Source: the human T2T-CHM13v2.0 reference genome, Homo sapiens. From it: a DNA stretch of 64,000 nt. This document shows, piece by piece, positions 14,162-28,200 of this stretch. Every line of letters starts with the position of its first letter. The first letter of the stretch is position 1. Below the pieces are notes generated by a model that worked only from the letters and a program-made list of their open reading frames with translations, made no database searches and was not told the DNA's origin. The position numbers were made by a program, and so were the translations under genes. The stretch lies in NCBI RefSeq assembly GCF_009914755.1, contig NC_060925.1. The stretch is one strand, 5' to 3'.

Positions 14162-17100
14162 ACATCGAATGAATCAAATGGAAACACCATCGAATTGAAA
14201 CGAATGGAATTACCATGAAATTGAAATGGATGGACTCATCATCGAATGGATTCGAATGGAATCATCGAATAAAATTGATTGAAATCATCATCGAATGGAA
14301 TCGAATGGTATCATTGAATGGAATCGAATGGAATCATCATCAGATGGAAATGAATGGAATCGTCATAGAATGGAATCGAATGGATTCATTGAATGGAATC
14401 AGATGGAATCATCGAATGGACTGGAATGGAATCATTGAATGGACTCGAAAGGGATCATGATTGAATGGAATTGAATGGAATCATCGAATGGTCTCGATTG
14501 GAATCATTATCAAATGGAATCGAATGGAATCACCGAATAGAATCGAATGGAACAATCATCGAATGGACTCAAATGGAATTATCCTCAAATGGAATCGAAT
14601 GGAATTATCAAATGCAATCGAATGGAATTATCGAATGCAATCGAATAGAATCATCGAATGGACTCGAATGGAATCATCGAATGGAATGGAATGGAACAGT
14701 CAATGAACTCGAATGGAATCATCATTGAATGGAATCGAATGGAATCATCGAGTGGAATCGAATGGAATTATGATCAAATGGAATCGAATGTAATCATCAT
14801 CAAATGGAATCAAAAATAACCATCATCAATTGGTATTGAATGGAATTGTCATCAAATGCAATTCAAAGGAATCATCATCAAATGGAACCGAATGGAATCC
14901 TCATTGAATGGAAATGAAAGGGGTCATCATCTAATGGAATCGCATGGAATCATCATCAAATGGAATCGAATGGAATCATCATCAAATGGAATCTAATGGA
15001 ATCATTGAACAGAATTGAATGGAATCGTCATCGAATGAATTGAATGCAATCATCGAATGGTCTCGAATGGAATCATCTTCTAATGGAAAGGAATGGAATC
15101 ATCGCATAGAATCGAATGGAATTATCATCGAATGGAATCGAATGGGATCAACACCAAACGGAAAAAAACGGAATTATCGAATGGAATCGAAGAGAATCTT
15201 CGAACGGACCCGAATGAAATCATCTAATGGAATGGAATGGAATAATCCATGGACTCGAATGCAATCATCATCGAATGGAATCAAATGGAATCATCGAATG
15301 GACTCGAATGGAATAATCATTGAACGGAATCGAATGGAATCATCATCGGATGGAAACGAATGGAATCATCATCGAATGGAAATGAAAGGAGTCATCATCT
15401 AATGGAATTGCAAGGAATCATCATAAAATGGATTCGAATGGAATCAACATCAAATGGAATCAAATGGAATCATTGAACGGAATTGAATGGAATCGTCATC
15501 GAATGAATTGAATGCAATCATCGAATGGTCTCGAAGGGAATCATCTTCAAATGGAATGGAATGGAATCATCGCATAGAATCGAATGGAATTATCATCGAA
15601 TGGAATCGAATGGAATCAACATCAAACGGAAAAAAACGGAATTATCGAATGGAATCGAAGAGAATCATCGAATGGACCCGAATGGAATCATCTAATGGAA
15701 TGGAATGGAATAATCCATGGACTCGAATGCAATCATCGTCAAATGGAATCGAATGGAATCATCGAATGGATTCGAATGGAATAATCATTGAACGGAATCG
15801 AATGGAATCATCATCGGATGGAAATGAATGGAATCATCATCGAATGGAATCGAATAGAATTATGGAATGAAATCCAGTGTGATCATCATCGAATGGACCC
15901 GAATGGAATCATCATCCAACGGAAGCTAATGGAATCAACATCGAATGAATCAAATGGAAACACCATCGAATTGAAACGAATGGAATTACCATGAAATTGA
16001 AATGGATGGACTCATCATCGAATGGATTCGAATGGAATCATCGAATAAAATTGATTCAAATCATCATCGAATGGAATCGAATGGTATCATTGAATGGAAT
16101 CGAATGGAATCATCATCAGATGGAAATGAATGGAATCGTCATAGAATGGAATCGAATGGATTCATTGAATGGAATCAGAATGAATCATCGAATGGACTGG
16201 AATGGAATCATTGAATGGACTCGAAAGGGATCATGATTGAATGGAATTGAATGGAATCATCGAATGGTCTCGATTGGAATCATTATCAAATGGAATCGAA
16301 TGGAATCACCGAATAGAATCGAATGGAACAATCATCGAATGGACTCAAATGGAATTATCCTCAAATGGAATCGAATGGAATTATCGAATGCAATCGAATG
16401 GAATTATAAAATGCAATCGAATAGAATCATCGAATGGACTCGAATGGAATCATCGAATGGAATGGAATGGAACAGTCAATGAACTCGAATGGAATCATCA
16501 TTGAATGGAATCGAATGGAATCATCGAGTGGAATCGAATGGAATTATGATCAAATGGAATCGAATGTAATCATCATCAAATGGAATCAAAAATAACCATC
16601 ATCAATTGGTATTGAATGGAATTGTCATCAAATGGAATTCAAAGGAATCATCATCAAATGGAACCGAATGGAATCCTCATTGAATGGAAATGAAAGGGGT
16701 CATCATCTAATGGAATCGCATGGAATCATCATCAAATGGAATCGAATGGAATCATCATCAAATGGAATCTGATGGAATCATTGAACAGAATTGAATGGAA
16801 TCGTCATCGAATGAACTGAATGCAATCATCGAATGGTCTCGAATGGAATCATCTTCTAATGGAAAGGAATGGAATCATCGCATAGAATCGAATGGAATTA
16901 TCATCGAATGGAATCGAATGGTATCAACACCAAACGGAAAAAAACGGAATTATCGAATGGAATCGAAGAGAATCTTCGAACGGACCCGAATGGAATCATC
17001 TAATGGAATGGAATGGAATAATCCATGGACTCGAATGCAATCATCATCGAATGGAATCGAATGGAATCATCGAATGGACTCGAATGGAATAATCATTGAA

Positions 17101-18102
17101 CGGAATCGAATGGAATCATCATCGGATGGAAATGAATGGAATCATCATCGAATGGAATCGAATAGAATTATGGAATGAAATCCAGTGTGATCATCATCGA
17201 ATGGACCCGAATGGAATCATCATCCAACGGAAGCTAATGGAATCAACATCGAATGAATCAAATGGAAACACCATCGAATTGAAACGAATGGAATTACCAT
17301 GAAATTGAAATGGATGGACTCATCATCGAATGGATTCGAATGGAATCATCGAATAAAATTGATTGAAATCATCATCGAATGGAATCGAATGGTATCATTG
17401 AATGGAATCAAATGGAATCATCATCAGATGGAAATGAATGGAATCGTCATAGAATGGAATCGAATGGATTCATTGAATGGAATCAGATGGAATCATCGAA
17501 TGGACTGGAATGGAATCATTGAATGGACTCGAAAGGGATTATTATTGAATGGAATTGAATGGAATCATCGAATGGTCTCGATTGGAATCATTTTCAAATG
17601 GAATCGAATGGAATCACCGAATAGAATCGAATGGAACAATCATCGAATGGACTCAAATGGAATTATCCTCAAATGGAATCGAATGGAATTATCGAATGAA
17701 ATCGAATGGAATTATCGAATGCAATCGAATAGAATCATCGAATGGACTCGAATGGAATCATCGAATGGAATGGAATGGAACAGTCAATGAACTCGAATGG
17801 AATCATCATTGAATGGAATCGAATGGAATCATCGAGTGGAATCGAACGGAATTATGATCAAATGGAATCGAATGTAATCATCATCAAATGGAATCAAAAA
17901 TAACCATCATCAATTGGTATTGAATGGAATTGTCATCAAATGGAATTCAAAGGAATCATCATCAAATGGAACCGAATGGAATCCTCATTGAATGGAAATG
18001 AAAGGGGTCATCATCTAATGGAATCGCATGGAATCATCATCAAATGGAATCGAATGGAATCATCATCAAATGGAATCTAATGGAATCATTGAACAGAATT
18101 GA

Positions 18103-21100
18103 ATGGAATCGTCATCGAATGAATTGAATGCAGTCATCGAATGGTCTCGAATGGAATCATCTTCTAATGGAAAGGAATGGAATCATCGCATAGAATCGAA
18201 TGGAATTATCATCGAATGGAATCGAATGGTATCAACACCAAACGGAAAAAAACGGAATTATCGAATGGAATCGAAGAGAATCTTCGAACGGACCCGAATG
18301 GAATCATCTAATGGAATGGAATGGAATAATCCATGGACTCGAATGCAATCATCATCGAATGGAATGGAATGGAATCATCGAATGGACTCGAATGGAATAA
18401 TCATTGAACGGAATCGAATGGAATCATCATCGGATGGAAACGAATGGAATCATCATCGAATGGAAATGAAAGGAGTCATCATCTAATGGAATTGCATGGA
18501 ATCATCATAAAATGGATTCGAATGGAATCAACATCAAATGGAATCAAATGTAATCATTGAACGGAATTGAATGGAATCGTCATCGAATGAATTGAATGCA
18601 ATCATCGAATGGTCTCGAATGGAATCATCTTCAAATGGAATGGAATGGAATCATCGCATAGAATCGAATGGAATTATCATCGAATGGAATCGAATGGAAT
18701 CAACATCAATCGGAAAAAAACGGAATTATCGAATGGAATCGAAGAGAATCATCGAATGGACCCGAATGGAATCATCTAATGGTATGGAATGGAATAATCC
18801 ATGGACTCGAATGCAATCATCATCAAATGGAATCGAATGGAATCATCGAATGGATTCGAATGGAATAATCATTGAACGGAATCGAATGGAATCATCATCG
18901 GATGGTAATGAATGGAATCATCATCGAATGGAATCGAATAGAATTATGGAATGAAATCCAGTGTGATCATCATCGAATGGACCCGAATGGAATCATCATC
19001 CAACGGAAGCTAATGGAATCAACATCGAATGAATCAAATGGAAACACCATCGAATTGAAACGAATGGAATTACCATGAAATTGAAATGGATGGACTCATC
19101 ATCGAATGGATTCGAATGGAATCATCGAATAAAATTGATTGAAATCATCATCGAATGGAATCGAATGGTATCATTGAATGGAATCGAATGGAATCATCAT
19201 CAGATGGAAATGAACGGAATCGTCATAGAATGGAATCGAATGGATTCATTGAATGGAATCAGAACGAATCATAGAATGGACTGGAATGGAATCATTGAAT
19301 GGACTCGAAAGGGATCATGATTGAATGGAATTGAATGGAATCATCGAATGGTCTCGATTGGAATCATTATCAAATGGAATCGAATGGAATCACCGAATAG
19401 AATCGAATGGAACAATCATCGAATGGACTCAAATGGAATTATCCTCAAATGGAATCGAATGGAATTATCGAATGCAATCGAATGGAATTATCGAATGCAA
19501 TCGAATAGAATCATCGAATGGACTCGAATGGAATCATCGAATGGAATGGAATGGAACAGTCAATGAACTCGAATGGAATCATCATTGAATGGAATCGAAT
19601 GGAATCATCGGGTGGAATCGAATGGAATTATGATCAAATGGAATCGAATGTAATCATCATCAAATGGAATCAAAAATAACCATCATCAATTGGTATTGAA
19701 TGGAATTGTCATCAAATGGAATTCAAAGGAATCATCATCAAATGGAACCGAATGGAATCCTCATTGAATGGAAATGAAAGGGGTCATCATCTAATGGAAT
19801 CGCATGGAATCATCATCAAATGGAATCGAATGGAATCATCATCAAATGGAATCTAATGGAATCATTGAAAAGAATTGAATGGAATCGTCATCGAATGAAT
19901 TGAATGAAATCATCGAATGGTCTCGAATGGAATCATCTTCTAATGGGAAGGAATGGAATCATCGCATAGAATCGAATGGAATTATCATCGAATGGAATCG
20001 AATGGTATCAACACCAAACGGAAAAAAACGGAATTATCGAATGGAATCGAAGAGAATCTTCGAACGGACCCGAATGGAATCATCTAATGGAATGGAATGG
20101 AATAATCCATGGACTCGAATGCAATCATCATCGAATGGAATCGAATGGAATCATCGAATGGACTCGAATGGAATAATCATTGAACGGAATCGAATGGAAT
20201 CATCATCGGATGGAAACGAATGGAATCATCATCGAATGGAAATGAAAGGAGTCATCATCTAATGGAATTGCATGGAATCATCATAAAATGGAATCGAATG
20301 GAATCAACATCAAATGGAATCAAATGGAATCATTGAACGGAATTGAATGGAATCGTCATCGAATGAATTGACTGCAATCATCGAATGGTCTCGAATGGAA
20401 TCATCTTCAAATGGAATGGAATGGAATCATCGCATAGAATCGAATGGAATTATCATCGAATGGAATCGAATGGAATCAACATCAAACGGAAAAAAACGGA
20501 ATTATCGAATGGAATCGAAGAGAATCATCGAATGGACCCGAATGGAATCATCTAATGGAATGGAATGGAATAATCCATGGACTCGAATGCAATCATCATC
20601 GAATGGAATCGAATGGAATCATCGAATGGACTCGAATGGAGTAATCATTGAACGGAATCGAATGGAATCATCATCGGATGGAAATGAATGGAATCATCAT
20701 CGAATGGAATCGAATAGAATTATGGAATGAAATCCAGTGTGATCATCATCGAATGGACCCGAATGGAATCATCATCCACCGGAAGCTAATGGAATCAACA
20801 TCGAATGAATCGAATGGAAACACCATCGAATTGAAACGAATGGAATTATCATGAAATTGAAATGGATGGACTCATCATCGAATGGATTCGAATGGAATCA
20901 TCGAATAAAATTGATTGAAATCATCATCCAATGGAATCGAATGGTATCATTGAATGGAATCGAATGGAATCATCATCAGATGGAAATGAATGGAATCGTC
21001 ATAGAATGGAATCGAATGGATTCATTGAATGGAATCAGATGGAATCATCGAATGGACTGGAATGGAATCATTGAATGGACCCGAATGGGATCATGATTGA

Positions 21101-21654
21101 ATGGAATTGAATGGAATCATCGAATGGTCTCGATTGGAATCATTATCAAATGGAATCGAATGGAATCACCGAATAGAATCGAATGGAACAATCATCGAAT
21201 GGACTCAAATGGAATTATCCTCAAATGGAATCGAATGGAATTATCGAATGCAATCGAATGGAATTATCGAATGCAATCGAATAGAATCATCGAAAGGACT
21301 CGAATGGAATCAGCGAATGGAATGGAATGGAACAGTCAATGAACTCGAATGGAATCATCATTGAATGGAATCGAATGGAATCATCGAGTGGAATCGAATG
21401 GAATTATGATCAAATGGAATCGAATGTAATCCTCATCAAATGGAATCAAAAATAACCATCATCAATTGGTATTGAATGGAATTGTCATCAAATGGAATTC
21501 AAAGGAATCATCATCAAATGGAACCGAATGGAATCCTCATTGAATGGAAATGAAAGGGGTCATCATCTAATGGAATCGCATGGAATCATCATCAAATGGA
21601 ATCGAATGGAATCATCATCAAATGGAATCTAATGGAATCATTGAACAGAATTGA
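18103..21654. repeat. Two clean canonical 1776-bp units (S 468 + L 1308)
   Basis: Anchors at 18103, 18571, 19879, 20347, 21655 give spacings 468/1308/468/1308. EcoRI GAATTC at 17943, 19719 and 21495 are 1776 apart. Confidence 0.92.
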
Positions 21655-22299
21655 ATGGAATCGTCATCGAATGAATTGAATGCAATCATCGAATGGTCTC
21701 GAATGGAATCATCTTCTAATGGAAAGGAATGGAATCATCGCATAGAATCGAATGGAATTATCATCGAATGGAATCGAATGGTATCAACACCAAACGGAAA
21801 AAAACGGAATTATCGAATGGAATCGAAGAGAATCTTCGAACGGACCCGAATGGAATCATCTAATGGAATGGAATGGAATAATCCATGGACTCGAATGCAA
21901 TCATCATCGAATGGAATGGAATGGAATCATCGAATGGACTCGAATGGAATAATCATTGAACGGAATCGAATGGAATCATCATCAGATGGAAATGAATGGA
22001 ATCATCATCGAATGGAATCGAATACAATTACGGAATGAAATCCAGTGTGATCATCATCGAATGGACCCAAATGGAATCATCATCCAACGGAATCTAATGG
22101 AATCAACATCGAATGAATCGAATGGAAACACCATCGAATTGAAACGAATGGAATTATCATGAAATTGAAATGGATGGACTCATCATCGAATGGATTCGAA
22201 TGGAATCATCGAATAAAATTGATTGAAATCATCATCCAATGGAATCGAATGGTATCATTGAATGGAATCGAATGGAATCATCATCAGATGGAAATGAAT

Positions 22300-25200
22300 G
22301 GAATCGTCATAGAATGGAATCGAATGGATTCATTGAATGGAATCAGATGGAATCATCGAATGGACTGGAATGGAATCATTGAATGGACTCGAAAGGGATC
22401 ATAATTGAATGGAATTGAATGGAATCATCGAATGGTCTCGATTGGAATCATTACCAAATGGAAACGAATGGAATCACCGAATAGAATCGAATGGAACAAT
22501 CATCGAATGGACTCAAATGGAATCATCCTCAAATGGAATGGAATGGAATTATCGAATGCAATCGAATGGAATCATCGAATGGACTCGAATGGAATCATCG
22601 AATGGAATGGAATGGAACAGTCAATGAACTCGAATGGAATCATCATTGAATGGAATCGAATGGAATCATCGAGTGGAATCGAATGGAATTATGATCAAAT
22701 GGAATCTAATGTAATAATCATCAAATGGAATCAAAAATAACCATCATCAATTGGTATTGAATGGAATTGTCATCAAATGGAATTCAAAGGAATCATCATC
22801 AAATGGAACCGAATGGAATCCTCATTGAATGGAAATGAAAGGGGTCATCATCTAATGGAATCGCATGGAATCATCATCAAATGGAATCGAATGGAATCAT
22901 CATCAAATGGAATCTGATGGAATCATTGAACAGAATTGAATGGAATCGTCATCGAATGAATTGAATGCAATCATCGAATGGTCTCGAATGGAATCATCTT
23001 CTAATGGAAAGGAATGGAATCATCGCATAGAATCGAATGGAATTAACATTGAATGGACTCGAATGGAATCAACATCAAACGGAATCAAGCGGAATTATCG
23101 AATGGAATCGAAGAGAATCATCGAATGGACTCGAATGGAATAATCTAATGGAATTGAATGGAATAATCCACGGACTCGAATGCAATCATCATCGTATAGA
23201 ATCGAATGGAATCATCGAATGGACTCGAATGGAATAATCATTGAACGGAATCGAATGGAATCATCATCGGATGGAAACGAATGGAATCATCATCGAATGG
23301 AAATGAAAGGAGTCATCATCTAATGGAATTGAATGGAATCATCATCAAATGGAATCGAATGGAATCAACAGCAAATGGAATCAAATGGAATCATTGAACG
23401 GAATTGAATGGAATCGTCATCCAATGAATGAATGCAATCATCGAATGGTCTCGAATGCAATCATCTTCAAATGGAATGGAATGGAATCATCGCATAGAAT
23501 CGAATGGAATTATCATCGAATGGAATCGAATGGTATCAACATCAAACGGAAAAAAACGGAATTATCGAATGGAATCGAATAGAATCATCGAATGGACCCG
23601 AATGGAATCATCGAATGGAATGGAATGGAATAATCCATGGACTCGAATGCAATCATCGTCGAATGGAATCGAATGGAATCATCGAATGGACTCGAATGGA
23701 ATAATCATTGAACAGAATCGAATGGAATCATCATCGGATGGAAACGAATGGAATCATCATCGAATGGAAATGAAAGGAGTCATCATCTAATGGAATTGCA
23801 TGGAATCATCATCAAATGGAATCGAATGGAATCAACATCAAATGGAATCAAATGGAATCATTGAACGGAATTGAATGGAATCGTCATCGAATGAATTGAA
23901 TGCAATCATCGAATGGTCTCGAGTGGAATCATCTTCAAATGGAATGGAATGGAATCATCGCATAGAATCGAATGGAATTATCATCGAATGGAATCGAATG
24001 GTATCAACATCAAACGGAAAAAAACGGAATTATCGAATGGAATCGAAGAGAATCTTCGAACGGACCCGAATGGAATCATCTAATGGAATGGAATGGAATA
24101 ATCCATGGACTGGAAGGCAATCATCATTGAACGGAATCGAAAGGAATCATCATCGGATGGAAACGAATGGAATCATCATCGAATGGAAATGAAAGGAGTC
24201 ATCATCTAATGGAATTGCATGGAATCATCATAAAATGGAATCGAATGGAATCAACATCAAATGGAATCAAATGGAATCATTGAACGGAATTGAATGGAAT
24301 CGTCATCGAATGGAATCGAATAGAATTATGGAATGAAATCCAGTGTGATCATCATCGAATGGACCCGAATGGAATCATCATCCAACGGATGCTAATGGAA
24401 TCAACATCGAATGAATCAAATGGAAACACCATCGAATTGAAACGAATGGAATTACCATGAAATTGAAATGGATGGACTCATCATCGAATGGATTCGAATG
24501 GAATCATCGAATAAAATTGATTGAAATCATCATCGAATGGAATCGAATGGATTCATTGAATGGAATCAGATGGAATCATCGAATGGACTGGAATGGAATC
24601 ATTGAATGGACTCGAAAGGGATCATGATTGAATGGAATTGAATGGAATCATCGAATGGTCTCGATTGGAATCATTATCAAATGGAATCGAATGGAATCAC
24701 CGAATAGAATCGAATGGAACAATCATCGAATGGACTCAAATGGAATTATCCTCAAATGGAATCGAATGGAATTATCAAATGCAATCGAATGGAATTATCG
24801 AATGCAATCGAATAGAATCATCGAATGGACTCGAATGGAATCATCGAATGGAATGGAATGGAACAGTCAATGAACTCGAATGGAATCATCATTGAATGGA
24901 ATCGAATGGAATCATCGAGTGGAATCGAATGGAATTATGATCAAATGGAATCGAATGTAATCATCATCAAATGGAATCAAAAATAACCATCATCAATTGG
25001 TATTGAATGGAATTGTCATCAAATGGAATTCAAAGGAAACATCATCAAATGGAACCGAATGGAATCCTCATTGAATGGAAATGAAAGGGGTCATCATCTA
25101 ATGGAATCGCATGGAATCATCATCAAATGGAATAGAATGGAATCATCATAAAATGGAATCAAATGGAATCATTGAAAAGAATTGAATGGAATCGTCATCG

Positions 25201-28200
25201 AATGAATTGAATGCAATCATCGAATGGTCTCGAATGGAATCATCTTCTAATGGAAAGGAATGGAATCATCGCATAGAATCGAATGTAATTATCATCGAAT
25301 GGAATCGAATGGTATCAACACCAAACGGAAAAAAACGGAATTTTCGAATGGAATCGAAGAGTATCTTCGAACGGACCCGAATGGAATCATCTAATGGAAT
25401 GGAATGGAATAATCCATGGACTCGAATGCAATCATCATCGATTGGAATCGAATGGAATCATCGAATGGACTCGAATGGAATAATCATTGAACGGAATCGA
25501 ATGGAATCATCATCGGATGGAAACGAATGGAATCATCATCGAATGGAAATGAAAGGAGTCATCATCTAATGGAATTGCATGGAATCATCATAAAATGGAA
25601 TCGAATGGAATCAACATCAAATGGAATCAAATGGAATTATTGAACGGAATTGAATGGAATCGTCATCGAATGAATTGAATGCAATCATCGAATGGTCTCG
25701 AATGGAATCATCTTCAAATGGAATGGAATGGAATCATCGCATAGAATCGAATGGAATTATCATCGAATGGAATCGAATGGAATCAACATCAAACGGAAAA
25801 AAACGGAATTATCGTATGGAATCGAAGAGAATCATCGAATGGACCCGAATGGAATCATCTAATGGAATGGAATGGAATAATCCATGGACTCGATTGCAAT
25901 CATCATCGAATGGAATCGAATGGAATCATCGAATGGACTCGAATGGAATAATCATTGAACGGAATCGAATGGAATCATCATCGGATGGAAATGAATGGAA
26001 TCATCATCGAATGGAATCGGATAGAATTATGGAATGAAATCCAGTGTCATCATCATGGAATGGACCCGAATGGAATCATCATCCAACGGAAGCTAATGGA
26101 ATCAACATCGAATGAATCGAATGGAAACACCATCGAATTGAAACGAATGGAATTATCATGAAATTGAAATGGATGGACTCATCATCGAATGCATTCGAAT
26201 GGAATCATCGAATAAAATTGATTGAAATCATCATCCAATGGAATCGAATGGTATCATTGAATGGAATCGAATGGAATCATCATCAGATGGAAATGAATGG
26301 AATCGTCATAGAATGGAATCGAATGGATTCATTGAATGGAATCAGATGGAATCATCGAATGGACTGGAATGGAATCATTGAATGGACTCGAAAGGGATCA
26401 TGATTGAATGGAATTGAATGGAATCATCGAAAGGTCTCGATTGGAATCATAATCAAATGGAATCGAATGGAATCACCGAAAAGAATCGAATGGAACAATC
26501 ATCGAATGGACTCAAATGGAATTATCCTCAAATGGAATGGAATGGAATTATCGAATGCAATCGAATGGAATTATCGAATGCATTCGAATAGAATCATCGA
26601 ATGGACTCGAATGGAATCATCGAATGGAATGGAATGGAACAGTCAATGAACTCGAATGGAATCATCATTGAATGGAATCGAATGGAATCATCGAGTGGAA
26701 TCGAATGGAATTATGATCAAATGGAATCGAATGTAATCATCATCCAATGGAATCAAAAATAACCATCATCAATTGGTATTGAATGGAATTGTCATCAAAT
26801 GGAATTCAAAGGAATCATCATCAAATGGAACCGAATGGAATCCTCATTCAATGGAAATGAAAGGGGTCATCATCTAATGGAATCGCATGGAATCATCATC
26901 AAATGGAATCGAATGGAATCATCATCAAATGGAATCTGATGGAATCATTGAACAGAATTGAATGGAATCGTCATCGAATGAATTGAATGCAATCATCGAA
27001 TGGTCTCGAATGGAATCATCTTCTAATGGAAAGGAATGGAATCATCGCATAGAATCGAATGGAATTATCATCGAATGGAATCGAATGGTATCAACATCAA
27101 ACGGAAAAAAACGGAATTATCGAATGGAATCGAAGAGAATCTTCGTATGGACCCGAATGGAATCATCTAATGGAATGGAATGGAATAATCCACGGACCCG
27201 AATGCAATCATCATCGAATGGAATCGAATGGAATCATCGAATGGACTCGAATGGAATAATCATTGAACGGAATCGAATGGAATCATCATCGGATGGAAAC
27301 GAATGGAATCATCATCGAATGGAAATGAGAGGAGTCATCATCTAATGGAATTGCATGGAATCATCATCAAATGGAATGGAATGGAATCAACATCAAATGG
27401 AATCAAATGGAATCATTGAACGGAATTGAATGGAATCGTCATCGAATGAATTGAATGCAATCATCGAATGGTCTCGAATGGAATCATCTTCAAATGGAAT
27501 GGAATGGAATCATCGCATAGAATCGAATGGAATTATCATCGAATGGAATCGAATGGAATCAACATCAAAAGGAAAAAAACGGAATTATCGAATGGAATCG
27601 AAGAGAATCATTGAACGGACCCGAATGGAATCATCTAATGGAATGGAATGGAATAATCCACGGACTCGAATGCAATCATCGTCGAATGGAATCGAATGGA
27701 ATCATCGAATGGACTCGAATTGAATAATCATTGAACGGAATCGAATGGAATCATCATCGGATGGAAACGAATGGAATCATCATCGAATGGAAATGAAAGG
27801 AGTCATCATCTAATGGAATTGCATGGAATCATCATAAAATGGAATCGAATGGAATCAACATCAAATGGAATCACACGGAATCATTGAACGGAATTGAATG
27901 GAATCGTCATCGAATGAATTGAATGCAATCATCGAATGGTCTCGAATGGAATCATCTTCAAATGGAATGGAATGTAATCATCGCATAGAATGAAATGGAA
28001 TTATCATCGAATGGAATCGAATGGTATCAACATCAAACGGAAAAAAACGGAATTATCGAATGGAATCGAAGAGAATCTTCGAACGGACCCGAATGGAATC
28101 ATCTAATGGAATGGAATGGAATAATCCATGGACTCGAATGCAATCATCATCGAATGGAATCGAATGGAATCATCGAATGAACTCGAATGGAATAATCATT

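Larger units (their letters stand above)
13711..22939. repeat. Domain of more diverged near-canonical units: L-S-L-L-S-L-S-L-L'(1285)
   Basis: Anchors at 13711, 15019, 15487, 16795, 18103, 18571, 19879, 20347, 21655, 22940. Many private SNVs and no near-identical higher-order copy. Confidence 0.85.

Noticed and set aside
17299-17790. Longest ORFs (163 aa, also 57078-57569)
   Set aside because: They result from a single TGA-to-TTA substitution joining two repeat-derived frames. There is no sign of coding constraint.
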